From positions 480,424 through 544,423 of the forward strand of contig CBDFKJ010000008.1 in NCBI GenBank assembly GCA_965248805.1: a stretch of 64,000 nucleotides of DNA, read 5' to 3'. This stretch comes from Alphaproteobacteria bacterium (GTDB taxonomy: Bacteria; Pseudomonadota; Alphaproteobacteria; UBA6615). The translations under genes were made by a program, and so were the position numbers. How positions within the stretch are numbered: the first letter of the stretch is position 1; every line of letters begins with the position of its first letter. Positions 63,898 through 64,000 of the stretch are shown here, piece after piece. The notes under the pieces are model-generated. The model saw nothing but the letters and a program-made list of their open reading frames with translations. It searched no databases and was not told the DNA's origin.

Positions 63898-64000
63898 GTG
63901 GAGGGATCGGAACGAAAGAGTCCGAATTGGGATTCCGTATTTTGCTGTGGTATGCGCCCGGCAAGGCGCCGGTCCCGCTCGATCGTGTCGCCGAGATCGT
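63898..64000 (+). mobile_element. Third IS630-family copy, partial at the window end. The left IR has diverged (GTGGAGGGATCGG...). There is an internal ~270-bp deletion relative to copy 1. TA at the junction.
   Basis: 63907-63957 matches 31659-31709 of copy 1. It then jumps directly to sequence matching 31966-32010. It is preceded by TA. Confidence 0.7.

Overview
This window appears to be the origin-proximal chromosome of a GC-rich (~65-68 %) alphaproteobacterium. I found no clearly novel multi-gene system such as a defense island, CRISPR array, retron or CBASS. The best system-like candidate is the form-II cox cluster with the ydbH-ynbE-ydbL operon inside it.

Gene content, in order:
- On the minus strand: rpsT, dnaA, dnaN, recF, gyrB and the 5' part of a class-A PBP (mrcA).
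- An enoyl-CoA hydratase gene (echA) cut into three pieces by an IS1595-family element and an IS5-family (IS427-group) element.
- Housekeeping genes: mutM, ubiE, coaBC, dut, an Rrf2 regulator, moeB and a 2-hydroxyacid dehydrogenase.
- A nucleoside-salvage cluster: a BMP-type ABC importer, cdd, a purine nucleoside phosphorylase and deoC, followed by a class-III nucleotidyl cyclase.
- An IS-rich island at about 29-36.6 kb with six IS copies or fragments: a frameshifted IS1595 element, two inverted IS630 copies, an IS5 fragment and a frameshifted IS5/IS1182-like element. They are interleaved with an orphan flagellin gene, a degraded flagellin paralog and a frameshifted DUF4197 gene.
- A form-II aerobic-CODH-like molybdenum hydroxylase cluster (coxG, coxS, coxL, coxM ... 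coxD, coxE, split xdhC, moeA-like/mocA fusion). A ydbH-ynbE-ydbL operon (AsmA-like lipid transport) sits inside it.
- An arsR-CDF pair, a TfoX_N::TadA apparent fusion, pqiA-like and cinA-like genes, sfsA, map, radC, a MacAB-like tripartite ABC efflux system whose adaptor carries a Gly-rich/LTXXQ insertion, and purB.
- A third, internally deleted IS630 copy at the window end.

Recurring observation: many reading frames are disrupted. dnaN has a frameshift. mrcA and a cyclase N-extension carry CAG-to-TAG in-frame ambers. IS1595 copy 2, IS630 copy 2, the IS5/IS1182 element, the DUF4197 gene and the second flagellin are also disrupted. Because dnaN and mrcA are essential, sequencing or assembly error cannot be separated from real decay without reads.
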